Source: Candidatus Latescibacterota bacterium (GTDB taxonomy: Bacteria > Latescibacterota > UBA2968 > UBA8231). From it: a DNA stretch of 64,000 nucleotides. Location of the stretch: contig OZ241867.1 in assembly GCA_965203175.1 (NCBI GenBank), positions 3,456,001 to 3,520,000 on the forward strand. The letters are read 5' to 3'. The translations under genes were made by a program, and so were the position numbers. Positions within the stretch are counted from its first letter, which is position 1, and each line of letters starts with the position of its first letter. The notes under the pieces were generated by a model. That model was given only the letters and a program-made list of their open reading frames with translations. It was not told the DNA's origin and did no database searches. Positions 8,797 to 18,166 of the stretch are shown piece after piece.

Positions 8797-10521
8797 TTAA
8801 TAGACTATTGGGACAATTTTCGTCTTACTCTCGGACCCTGAATCTGCATCAATTTCCACTCGTACCAAATAGATTCCGGGTAGCACTTTGGCACCGCTCT
8901 CGTCCGTTCCATCCCAAGCCTTTTGGTATCTCCTACTGGGATCCAAGCCTGAATAGATCGCCTTTATACGTCTTCCAGAAAGATCGTATACCCCCACCGA
9001 AACCAAAGCACCACCCGTCAGGTTGACGATGTCATAAGTCACCAAGACTTCATCATTTAGGCCATCGCCGTTGGGAGTAAAAGGGACGGGAGCCACTTTC
9101 ATAGAATGAATGAGGTCTTTACCTACTGAGATCTCGACCGAAAGATCATCTCCCTGTGCCTCAAAATCAGAGGCTGCGTCCCCCTCGGTGACTACTTGGG
9201 GCAGATTGTCCGGCTCTTGGCTATCGGAGACTCTGCCGGCAAAAAAGGTATTGTACTGCAAAGCCACGTTCTCAAAGACTACTCGCAAGGTGCGGTTTCC
9301 CACAATCTGGGGGAAGCTAATTTGGACCCCGTCTTCTGTATCTGTCTTTTCCCATTCGACATCGGTTCCGTCTATTTGCACGGAGCGCACTACATCTACC
9401 GGTGCCATAGTCTTTAGTTCGAGACGGTTAAAGCCGCGGCTGTTGACGGTTCTCACGGCATAGGTAAAGGGGGTGTTCTGCCCGATCAGAGCACGTTGGG
9501 GCCAGATTTCGCCCACCAGTGAGTCGGCTAGGGCAGGAGACACCTCAAAGGCGAGGGAATCAACTGTCGCCGCTGCTAGTATATCGCTGGTCTTAAGGAG
9601 TAAACGGAACTGAAAAAAACGACGCGGAGTTGGTGATTCAATAGCTGTGTGGACTCCGGCAGGATAGGGAGGGGACCAAGCGCTCCAAGACAGCGAATCG
9701 CTGGGATCTGGTGTGTTACCACTCCGGGTCACTAGGATGGCAGCCGTTTTTGTTGGTTCGCCGATGCTCCCCCTAGCCCATGTTATGTCGCCAAAGACCG
9801 CGGGTTGTTCTCGATCAAATACTTTTGAGGTATACGATGACGTAGAGGCAAAACCCGCACCAAAGACTTGAAACTCGTCAATTTCCCACTCCCCTCGCAC
9901 TAGTTGCTTCACCTCTATGAAACGAACAAACTGTAGGGGGACGGTCAGATCAACGGTCGGCTTGAGGTTGCGTTCCTCGGTTTTAAAAACCTTGAAATCC
10001 GGCGTCCCGGCTAGGGTTTTCTGCTCTTCGCTGCCGTCGTTCAGCAGCAATTCATAGCCCTTCAGAAAAAACTCTTCAAATCCCTTCCGCGGAAAAAACT
10101 TGATCCGATTGACTCCGAAGCGCTCGCCCAAATCTAGCCTGAATATAACGCCTGTGGGGGAACCGCCCTTCACTTCAAAAGCCTTGGTCGTATCGCCACT
10201 GACCATATGCGCCAATTGTTCATTCAAAAGACTCGAGGATATTTCGAGTATTATTTTCGCATTGGGAGACGTTACGGTCCCTCCTCTTTCAAATATTTTC
10301 AGGACGATATTGTCTTCGGGACCTGTCTGAGCAGGCTGAATCTGGCCGGGGCTGGTATCGAAATCAATAACCGATATCTCGGAATAATGGTCATCCCACG
10401 CTAGAGTACCTGGACCGCCGCCAATGACGATCGTCTCTCCATAGCCTTGGGTCGGCGTAAGTCCCTGCAATAGACAAGAAAACGCTAATAGCGCGGTCTT
10501 GACCAACGGTGGTTTGTCCAA
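8797..10521 (-). CDS. Secreted protein with discoidin-like module and C-terminal FlgD-Ig/CHU_C-like domain (paralogue 3)
   Basis: Signal peptide; DLGERFGVNRIKFFP; C-terminus PVPFTPNGDGLND...VYDLSGR...WDGTDESG...PGIY...IVPIVY. Confidence 0.8.
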   Translation of the reverse strand: MDKPPLVKTALLAFSCLLQGLTPTQGYGETIVIGGGPGTLAWDDHYSEISVIDFDTSPGQIQPAQTGPEDNIVLKIFERGGTVTSPNAKIILEISSSLLNEQLAHMVSGDTTKAFEVKGGSPTGVIFRLDLGERFGVNRIKFFPRKGFEEFFLKGYELLLNDGSEEQKTLAGTPDFKVFKTEERNLKPTVDLTVPLQFVRFIEVKQLVRGEWEIDEFQVFGAGFASTSSYTSKVFDREQPAVFGDITWARGSIGEPTKTAAILVTRSGNTPDPSDSLSWSAWSPPYPAGVHTAIESPTPRRFFQFRLLLKTSDILAAATVDSLAFEVSPALADSLVGEIWPQRALIGQNTPFTYAVRTVNSRGFNRLELKTMAPVDVVRSVQIDGTDVEWEKTDTEDGVQISFPQIVGNRTLRVVFENVALQYNTFFAGRVSDSQEPDNLPQVVTEGDAASDFEAQGDDLSVEISVGKDLIHSMKVAPVPFTPNGDGLNDEVLVTYDIVNLTGGALVSVGVYDLSGRRIKAIYSGLDPSRRYQKAWDGTDESGAKVLPGIYLVRVEIDADSGSESKTKIVPIVY

Positions 10522-10546
10522 TCTGTTCCTCTCGGATCGCAGAAGA

Positions 10547-13201
10547 TCAATAGGAGACGTGTACTAAGCGGTAGTCCGAGGTATTTCTACTCGATTTTGA
10601 ATCGACCTTAGCGTCGATCCTCAGCACATATATGCCAGGAGGCACCAAAGCTCCGGAGTTATCGACTCCGGTCCAGACCACGGAATGCCGTCCCGTAGTT
10701 ATGTACTCTTCGCGTAGTTGGTGAATGAGACGCCCACCTAGATCGTATATTTGCACCTGTAACGGCGTTGATGTCTTCACCCGCATGAGTGAAAAACTCA
10801 CAGCCATATCATCGTTGATGCCGTCTCCGTTAGGGGTGAAGATTTTATTTTTAACTTCGATATCCCCCAGTACTGCACCCCTTTCGAGGGCCAGAATCAC
10901 GGTTTTTTCGCTATCTGTGATCTCGTTTGCATCACCCGGATCCACTCTTTGCCACGAATTGGGAATGGAAGAATGGCCGATAGAGCCATTGAAGAATGTG
11001 GTAAAATCGAATATGGTCGCCGCAAACTGAAGCTCGACCAACGCGGCCCCGCCCTTGATCGGAGTAGGCAAACGCACCCAAAGCGAATCGGAATCATCAG
11101 ACACAACCTCAAATCCCTCGCTTTGAGCGGTATAGGTTTGAGTCGGTTGCCCTGTGAGGCTCAGGTGGGCTTGCTGAAATTTCATTTTGACGCTAGAGGG
11201 AGCTTCAATGAGAATCTCGTCAAAACCCTCGTTAGCCGGCTCGAAGGTCGTGCGGACGAAATAGGAAAACAGTTGCTCAGCGCCAATCGTCTCGAGTTGA
11301 GGGGGCAATACCTCGCCAATAATTGTTTTGGCGACTGGTGTTACAAAGTTGAGTTTCACCCAGCGCAGTGTAGCGGCCACGAGGGGATTTTCCGTGAGAA
11401 AGGTCGCCCGGATGGCGACGAATTTACGCGGACTGGGCGAGGTGATTTTGTCTCCCGAATTGAAATAGCGTTGACTCCAACCGCTCCAATCGCTGCCCGG
11501 GTTGGTCTGGGTAACGACGGGTCCAACAGAGGCATCCCCAAAGAACTTTTTGTCCGTAGCGTGCGCTTTCGCTGCTTCTTCTTCGGTGCCCGGAAATAAC
11601 TCACCGTTCTTTTTGTAGTAGAGCGTAGTAGTTTTGATCGTATTGCCAGTGCGGGTCTGGAGAATAATATCCGTGCCCGGCGGCATATCCGCATCCCATT
11701 CTATAGACGCCAAATTTTGGGGAGAGGCCCCCAACTCTATGAACGCCGCAGGCCCGTCAAAGACTGATTCGATCCGGGCCTCGGGCATGTATCCCTCGCC
11801 GAAAAACTGAATCTCTGACAAGCCGTGGCGTCCGGCCCTTACATGGAGCTTATAGGTGAAAGAAAAATGCTCGACTTTGGTGAGTGGGAACTTAAAATCG
11901 TGGTACGACTCGTTCCCATTGATATTGTCGAGCGATCCTACTGTTTTCCACGCCAGGCTTCCGCCAGCATTGGTGGAACCATCTGAGACTTCGATGCGAT
12001 AGGCGCGAAAAGGCCCAGGAGGCCGACTGCTGGCTTGGAGCACGCGGACATTGTCCAAGAAGAAGGCCCCTCCCAGATCCACCACTAGGGCACGCTCGAC
12101 ATCCGGTGGCTCCGAAGGTAGCAGTCTGTCGGGATTGTACCCTCCTTGAGCGGGCCAGTACAACGCCTTATCTACACTATATATTACCCCGTCTACCACC
12201 ACACCCTCAGCACCGTTGTTTTCCCAACTCGTTACCTTGCCACCCCGCTCCAGGACTCCAACCCCGATATTGTCGCCGATCGACCAGACTTCCACTTCCG
12301 CCAATCGAGGCAGCTCGCGGCGATAGTAGACGATAGGGCCTTGACTGTCCCCGCCAGCCAAGGCTTCCCAATCCTCGCGTCCTTCCAATAATCTCAGCCT
12401 TCCCGAGGTTTCTCGGCGGAAGTATTCTATGTCGCCCTGCTGGTCGGGGTCGAGGTTCTCGTAAGCGGACTGGGAAACTGGTCTCGCTTTGCCAAAATCG
12501 CTGTCTGTGACGCCGACAGAGACGAATCTGATCACATCGCCGGTAAAATCCCCGCGCACCTGTGTCCATTTGGTAGGCAACTGGTTGGTCAAATCGACTT
12601 CAAAGACCCGTTCATTCTTGATGGGCTTGTTCGTTGAGAAGCGTTTCCTGTACACCAGCGGTCCAATGATCGTCTCCCCCTGAGAGGTTAGAACCTTGAA
12701 TTGGAGAAAGGGGTCTCCCAAATCTTCCCCGACAAACTTGAGGACGATCTTATTGGCTGATACGGCCCGCCCTAAATCGATTTGCACCCACCAATCTCTA
12801 AGGGGGCTAGAAGTATCCGGCTCCCAGTAGGTGTCCATCCTGCCATCCATGAGATTTTCTGCGCTCAAGCGATTGGAACCGGCCTCCCATATCCCGCCGC
12901 CGAACTCGGAGGCATTTAAAACCGCGTTAATGCCAGGGACTACCTGTTCAATGCCATCTATTTCGAGCTTGGTGCTTTTGCGTATAAAAGCTGGTTTTAC
13001 GCCCTCCTCGGTGATCTGGATGGTCTTTGCCACCGACTGCCAACGAGCCCAGTGATCCTCGGACTCGATGATAGCCGCGCCGTCTTGGATAGAAAAGCCT
13101 TCTTGCCCCCAAGCTGCGTCACCTAGGAACATTCTACCTAGGAGGCAGACCAAGCTAGTGCTCACCAACTTGAATGTTCTCATGTGTTGGTCTCCACTCA
13201 T
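10547..13201 (-). CDS. Secreted protein with two discoidin/F5-8-like modules and C-terminal FlgD-Ig/CHU_C-like domain (paralogue 2)
   Basis: Signal peptide; NLMDGRMDTYWEP...WVQIDLG; second VDG...DLGG module; C-terminus FTPNGDGIND...IYDLGGR...WTGVDNSG...PPGIY...LVHVSY. Confidence 0.8.
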   Translation of the reverse strand: MSGDQHMRTFKLVSTSLVCLLGRMFLGDAAWGQEGFSIQDGAAIIESEDHWARWQSVAKTIQITEEGVKPAFIRKSTKLEIDGIEQVVPGINAVLNASEFGGGIWEAGSNRLSAENLMDGRMDTYWEPDTSSPLRDWWVQIDLGRAVSANKIVLKFVGEDLGDPFLQFKVLTSQGETIIGPLVYRKRFSTNKPIKNERVFEVDLTNQLPTKWTQVRGDFTGDVIRFVSVGVTDSDFGKARPVSQSAYENLDPDQQGDIEYFRRETSGRLRLLEGREDWEALAGGDSQGPIVYYRRELPRLAEVEVWSIGDNIGVGVLERGGKVTSWENNGAEGVVVDGVIYSVDKALYWPAQGGYNPDRLLPSEPPDVERALVVDLGGAFFLDNVRVLQASSRPPGPFRAYRIEVSDGSTNAGGSLAWKTVGSLDNINGNESYHDFKFPLTKVEHFSFTYKLHVRAGRHGLSEIQFFGEGYMPEARIESVFDGPAAFIELGASPQNLASIEWDADMPPGTDIILQTRTGNTIKTTTLYYKKNGELFPGTEEEAAKAHATDKKFFGDASVGPVVTQTNPGSDWSGWSQRYFNSGDKITSPSPRKFVAIRATFLTENPLVAATLRWVKLNFVTPVAKTIIGEVLPPQLETIGAEQLFSYFVRTTFEPANEGFDEILIEAPSSVKMKFQQAHLSLTGQPTQTYTAQSEGFEVVSDDSDSLWVRLPTPIKGGAALVELQFAATIFDFTTFFNGSIGHSSIPNSWQRVDPGDANEITDSEKTVILALERGAVLGDIEVKNKIFTPNGDGINDDMAVSFSLMRVKTSTPLQVQIYDLGGRLIHQLREEYITTGRHSVVWTGVDNSGALVPPGIYVLRIDAKVDSKSSRNTSDYRLVHVSY

Positions 13202-13216
13202 AGGGGCGATTAAGAA

Positions 13217-15172
13217 TCAATAGGCCACGGCGATAACGCCGCTCTTGATGCCCTCTTCCGATTGGATATCTACTGCTATTCGATACAAGTATAGTCCTGG
13301 GGGGACCAGCCGGTTGGAGTGGTCTGTCCCATCCCAAGAGTGGGAGTACTCTCCGATGGGAATGTCCCCGGCGTATATTTGCTTAACTAGTCGACCGGAC
13401 AGGTCGAAGATTTCCACGGAGACTGGAACCTGAGACGTTACCCGCAAGAGCTTATAGGAAATATGCACCACATCGTTAATGGCATCGCCATTGGGCGTAA
13501 AGGGATTGGGCCCAATCTGTGGTGCAAATACCAGTGAGCTGCTCAGCGATGTTTTCACTGCAATCCCGTCGCTCTCAATCTCGTCGGCAGCGTTGCCCGG
13601 GTTGATGCGCTGACGCACCTCGTTCGGCTCGGCGCTATTGAACACCTTACCAGTAAACAGCGTGCCTACTTCCCTCAGCACCGGTGCGTTGAACACCACC
13701 TCGATCAGGGCTCCGCTGTCGGTAGGCTCCAGCTTGCGCGGGAAGTTGATCTCAAAACCTAAGCCATCCGAGGTTCTCGCCCAGATAAAGTCGTTGTAGT
13801 TGATGCCGTCTATGCGTAGCGAATCGACTGAAACCACCCCTGAGGGCGTGGAAATCTCTACGCCGTCAAAGCCCATGTCGCTGGCCCGGATGGTCGGTCG
13901 GATGAAGTAAGTGAAATGCGTCGCTTGCCCCACTTGGGTATCCACTGGGAAAATTTCTCCCACTAAGCCGTGCACGGCCGGCGGCACGGAGGCCTTGAAC
14001 TCGACATAATCGATCTTGCCTCCATCCTCGATAGTAGAAAAGAAGTCCACTTTGAGTTGTAAAAATTGGCGCGGACTAGGGGAAACGATGCCAGTCCCCG
14101 AGTTTTCAAACAGATAGGGACTGGACCAGAAACTCCAGTTTTCCGTATCGGGGCTCACTCTATCCTGGGGTTTTACCGGCTTGAGAACATCGAGCAGCTT
14201 GCTGTAGCGGCGCTTGTATTCGCTCAGGGTCAAGTCGCCACCGCCATCGCGAAATTGCACGCTGTCCCGCTGCTCGGGTCGCAGTTGCCAAAAAATGTCG
14301 GGATGTGGATCTGTTCCCGTCCGGGTGCGGATATCGACCCGGGCGTCCGTATCTTGCCGGCCCGACCAGCGAATCTCACCCCAACTGGCTAGGCCGCCCA
14401 GATCGACTACTTCGGACTCATACGCGGCCCGGGCTACGAAACCACCGCCGTAGAGTTCAAAATCGGCGAGCCCTATTTCCTTGGGTGTGTCGCGAAAAAT
14501 CAGTAATTGGACCGTTTGAGTCGATATCGGCGGGTCTAAAATCACGCTGACTTCAGGTTCGGTATTTTCTTTTACTTCGGCTACGGTCGGGAAATAGGAC
14601 ATTCTGTTGCCAATATTGACCAGCCTCTCATCGAGGGAGCCAATGGCGAGCCGCTCCACAAAGTGCTCTGGCTTTTCCGCCAGAGGGCGAAATCTCACTT
14701 CCCGGATGAGAAATCGCCCGCCTAAATCAAAAGTCAATTGTTCACTGAGGGTCCGCGAAGTGCCCACCTGAAAGCTCTCTGGAGCTACGGCTGGCCACGT
14801 GAGGCCCGTAGTCGGATCGCCATCGACCAAGACCTCTCCAATCAGTTTATTTTGATTGGCGAAAAGCCGCACCCGTACCCAACCACCTCTGCTCAATAGG
14901 GTCGCGGCGATGTCTTCGTCCTCATCAAAGTAGTTAGGTTGCAGTGAACCCGCCGGCAAAGAGTCCAGATCGAGGCCATCCTGTAGTTGGGAGACCGACC
15001 ATTCGATTTCCCTGAAATCGATGCCGAGATCTGCAAGACTGTCTTTTTCTGTTGTTGAAAAAGGCGTGCCAATTCTATAAATAACCACGCCGGAGACATT
15101 TGGGGGGCAGAGGCCGACACCTAGCAACGCGAGTAAAAGTAGCCCTATTGACTTAGGTGCAAGCATGCCCAA
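13217..15172 (-). CDS. Secreted protein with discoidin-like module and C-terminal FlgD-Ig/CHU_C-like domain (paralogue 1)
   Basis: Signal peptide; VDGDPTT...FDLGGRFLIREVRFRP; C-terminus PNPFTPNGDAIND...IFDLSGR...WDGTDHS...PPGLY...VIAVAY. Confidence 0.8.
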   Translation of the reverse strand: MGMLAPKSIGLLLLALLGVGLCPPNVSGVVIYRIGTPFSTTEKDSLADLGIDFREIEWSVSQLQDGLDLDSLPAGSLQPNYFDEDEDIAATLLSRGGWVRVRLFANQNKLIGEVLVDGDPTTGLTWPAVAPESFQVGTSRTLSEQLTFDLGGRFLIREVRFRPLAEKPEHFVERLAIGSLDERLVNIGNRMSYFPTVAEVKENTEPEVSVILDPPISTQTVQLLIFRDTPKEIGLADFELYGGGFVARAAYESEVVDLGGLASWGEIRWSGRQDTDARVDIRTRTGTDPHPDIFWQLRPEQRDSVQFRDGGGDLTLSEYKRRYSKLLDVLKPVKPQDRVSPDTENWSFWSSPYLFENSGTGIVSPSPRQFLQLKVDFFSTIEDGGKIDYVEFKASVPPAVHGLVGEIFPVDTQVGQATHFTYFIRPTIRASDMGFDGVEISTPSGVVSVDSLRIDGINYNDFIWARTSDGLGFEINFPRKLEPTDSGALIEVVFNAPVLREVGTLFTGKVFNSAEPNEVRQRINPGNAADEIESDGIAVKTSLSSSLVFAPQIGPNPFTPNGDAINDVVHISYKLLRVTSQVPVSVEIFDLSGRLVKQIYAGDIPIGEYSHSWDGTDHSNRLVPPGLYLYRIAVDIQSEEGIKSGVIAVAY

Positions 15173-15190
15173 TCCTTTGGCAAGATTATT

Positions 15191-15221
15191 AAAAAAGGGG
15201 GCGAAGATGACCTCGCCCCCT
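15191..15221 (-). terminator. Intrinsic terminator after the WGxIK-tailed gene
   Basis: Minus strand GGGGGCGAGG-TCAT-CTTCGCCCCC-TTTTTT. Confidence 0.85.
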
Positions 15222-15250
15222 AACTGCTCATTTTCTCTTACTTGTTCTCC

Positions 15251-16177
15251 TTAGTGGGAAAAACTCGCCTTGATGTCCCCCCAGCTATCCGACTCGACAG
15301 CAGTGCCTACGTTTTCACCCGCTACCCACATGCTCTCATCAAAGGGGAGCAGGACATAGTCAACCATAGCGGTAGCTTTGAAATAGATTTCCGTGTCGCC
15401 GCTATTGGTCCAATAGCCGTTGTACGAGCCTTCGGCACCGTTGTCATCGTCCTGAACGGCAAAACCAATACCCATGATTTCGCCTGCCTGCATAGTGTGG
15501 ACGATCACATCTTCGTCATCTATGCCCGTAGAGCTGGTAGGCAAATCGTCGAAGGGAGTGAACCACATCTCCATGAACAGGGTCCCGGCACCGCCATTGA
15601 TATCACCCTCAAAACTCCATTTGGCACCAGAATAAGGCTCGACTCCTGCCCACGGAGCTCCGCCCCAGAGCCACATGTGATTTTCTTGGTGTAGCGTGTA
15701 GCGGTAATTCTGGGATAGGGCCCCCTCCCATCTTTCCGGATCCAAATCCGCCGATTGTACATTCTGGAAGATGGCGTCGCCGCTGTGGTCGAAGTCCAAG
15801 GTCACCTCAACCGTATCGAAATTATTTTCGATGGTCCCGTAAAAGAAGTCGTCAAACCTTTCCTCCATGAAATACAAAATGTTGGTCACTGGACTCCAGC
15901 CGAAAATGATGCGCTCGGCTAGATTGGAAGGGTCGGGATCCCCTTGGGTGCCGGTGACGGTCTCGATCAGGTCTTCATGGGTCACCCAGAAGACCGCAGG
16001 CACGTTGTCCCATTCGCTTATATCTCCGTCCATCTGGACATCTCGTATGCCATCGACGCCAATAGGCACCTGAACTGCGGCCCAGTTTCTGTCTGTCCGC
16101 AGGTGAGCCGAACTGGCCACGACGGTGAAAAGGACAAAACTCAATGCCAAGAAGCTACAACTCATTGTTTTGCTCAT
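15251..16177 (-). CDS. Acidic secreted CBM9/DOMON-like protein with C-terminal TAVE-x3-WG-x-IKA tail
   Basis: Start placed at ATG 16177 before a hydrophobic signal peptide; MDGDISEWD motif typical of DOMON/CBM9-like domains; ends GTAVESDSWGDIKASFSH. Confidence 0.7.
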   Translation of the reverse strand: MSKTMSCSFLALSFVLFTVVASSAHLRTDRNWAAVQVPIGVDGIRDVQMDGDISEWDNVPAVFWVTHEDLIETVTGTQGDPDPSNLAERIIFGWSPVTNILYFMEERFDDFFYGTIENNFDTVEVTLDFDHSGDAIFQNVQSADLDPERWEGALSQNYRYTLHQENHMWLWGGAPWAGVEPYSGAKWSFEGDINGGAGTLFMEMWFTPFDDLPTSSTGIDDEDVIVHTMQAGEIMGIGFAVQDDDNGAEGSYNGYWTNSGDTEIYFKATAMVDYVLLPFDESMWVAGENVGTAVESDSWGDIKASFSH

Positions 16178-16460
16178 CACCCACAGTCCTTTCCTGTGTG
16201 AGAAAACTGCTTTTTTAGCGGTTGGTTGCTCAAAGGGCTTTTTGTCTCCTCCTTTCAAATATTTTTCGGTGGTAAGGTAAGTGAAGCTACAAGATAACGT
16301 ATTAACATATAAAGAAATAAGACTGGGAAATCAAGCTGATTTTTGTAAAGCATTGTTTCTATGAAATTTGCAATTATAAAGACGTAAGTTGTTTATTTAT
16401 AGGTAGTTACATATGAAATATTTCTATAAAATTAGGCCGAAATCGCAAAAAGTGTACGAA

Positions 16461-18137
16461 CTATCGATCTATGTGGACAATGCCCTCGCCCTCTTGCAGC
16501 ACCACGAGCCTATTGGCAGAGAGGTTTTCAAACCGTTCTTGTAGGCCACTTGGCCAGTGCACTACCAACAAGTCTATGGCTACTCTCTGACCCAAGCCGA
16601 AATGGGCTCTCAAATCATTGTGCGAGAGATAGCTGGCACCACTCCGGATTTCGGCGCTTTGCGTGAGCCCTCCACTGCGGACCTCAATCCTAGCCCCTAT
16701 GCCGTCTCTATTGCTTGCACTCCCTATAGTCTTGACCATTAACCAGTTATTCTCATTGCCTCCGTCGTTGCGCAACAAAGTGGGGCGATCGTTGATATTC
16801 AGGACAAATATGTCTAGATCTCCATCATCGTCGTAATCCCCAAAGGAAGCCCCTCTGCTCACTTTTTTAATCTCCAAGCCCTTCCCCGATAGCTGCGATA
16901 CCTCGATAAAGGTACCATCGCCCAAATTTTCAAAGAGTTGATTGGTCTGGGCATAGCTCGTGCCTAGGTTGGCCCTGTCCAATTGTGGGAAGAGGTGGCC
17001 ATTGGCGACGAAGAGATCTTTATCGCCGTCGTTGTCATAGTCGAAAAACTCGGTGCCCCAAGCCAAAAACTGGAAACTCTCCTTGCCCACGCCGGCGTCA
17101 AAGCTGAGGTCGGAAAAGAATGTGCCGCGGTCGTTGTGGTAAAGCGTATTGGTCTGCTCCCAGAAGTTGGTGACTAATATGTCTTGGTACAGGTCATTGT
17201 CGTAATCCCCATAGGCAATGCCCATGCAGCCTTGAGCCTCGCCGCTTTCGCCATAGGCAGCACCGATCATCCAGCCGATATCGGCAAAAGTCCCATCGCC
17301 TTGGTTCTGATAAAGGAAATTGGCCCCTGTGTCGTTGGCCACATAGATGTCCACATCGCCGTCCCGGTCGTAATCGCCGCCGACCACGCCCATACCGTAG
17401 AGCTTATCTTGGTCCACCACCCGCGCCTCCACGGTCACATCTGCAAAAATCCCGTCGCCTTGGTTGCGATATAGGATATCCCCACTTCCCTTCATTCCGC
17501 GCGGTCCGAAGTGAACCCTTAAACCTTTCCACATATAGGACTTATTGGGAGTAGTCTGCAGAAAGTGCTTGAAATCGACGTAATTGGCTACGTACAGGTC
17601 TAGATATCCGTCGCCATCGTAATCGAGGAAGGCGCATCCTGTGCCGAATCGCTCGTCTCCTACTTGGGCGTACTCGGTCACATCGACAAAAGTCCCGTCG
17701 CCTTGGTTAGCGTACAGTACGTTCCTGCCGTAGTTGGTTATATAAATGTCCAAATCGCCATCGTTGTCGTAATCGCCGACGGCGCAGCCCATACCCCAGC
17801 CTGCGTCGCCCAAGTTTGCTTCGTCGGTAGCATCGACGAATTTACCACGCTCGTTTCTATAAAAGGTATTGCGCGGGTGCTCTTGATCTGGAAAGCCAAC
17901 TACCTTCGACCCGTTCAAGATGTACAAATCCAAATCTCCGTCTTGGTCGTAGTCGAAAAAAGCCGAGCCTCCCATCATGCTGTCGACTAAGTACGTCTGT
18001 TCGCTATCCCCGGAGACGTTCTGCGCCACAACCCCCACTTCCTCTGCTACATCCACGAACTGGACTCGCCTTTCTACTGCCCGTTCTTCGACAGCTAAGA
18101 GCCGTGAGGAAATGAGTAGGAGAAAAAAGAAATGCAT
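16461..18137 (-). CDS. CRTAC1-family protein (FG-GAP + ASPIC/UnbV)
   Basis: Repeated DYDxDGDxD motifs; SNRDGIGARI...SYLS...HFGLG...WPSG. Confidence 0.92.
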   Translation of the reverse strand: MHFFFLLLISSRLLAVEERAVERRVQFVDVAEEVGVVAQNVSGDSEQTYLVDSMMGGSAFFDYDQDGDLDLYILNGSKVVGFPDQEHPRNTFYRNERGKFVDATDEANLGDAGWGMGCAVGDYDNDGDLDIYITNYGRNVLYANQGDGTFVDVTEYAQVGDERFGTGCAFLDYDGDGYLDLYVANYVDFKHFLQTTPNKSYMWKGLRVHFGPRGMKGSGDILYRNQGDGIFADVTVEARVVDQDKLYGMGVVGGDYDRDGDVDIYVANDTGANFLYQNQGDGTFADIGWMIGAAYGESGEAQGCMGIAYGDYDNDLYQDILVTNFWEQTNTLYHNDRGTFFSDLSFDAGVGKESFQFLAWGTEFFDYDNDGDKDLFVANGHLFPQLDRANLGTSYAQTNQLFENLGDGTFIEVSQLSGKGLEIKKVSRGASFGDYDDDGDLDIFVLNINDRPTLLRNDGGNENNWLMVKTIGSASNRDGIGARIEVRSGGLTQSAEIRSGASYLSHNDLRAHFGLGQRVAIDLLVVHWPSGLQERFENLSANRLVVLQEGEGIVHIDR

Positions 18138-18166
18138 ATAAACTAGCAGTCTCTATGAGGTGGGGG

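Noticed and set aside
8797-15172. Flagellar hook-cap (flgD) genes
   Set aside because: Only the Ig-like C-terminal domain is shared; the proteins have Sec signals and there is no flagellar context.
16290-16410. dif-like site or palindromic operator in the AT-rich gap
   Set aside because: Only partial resemblance (ATATGTTAAT; GTAAG...GTTAC); no paired XerC/XerD arms or good symmetry.
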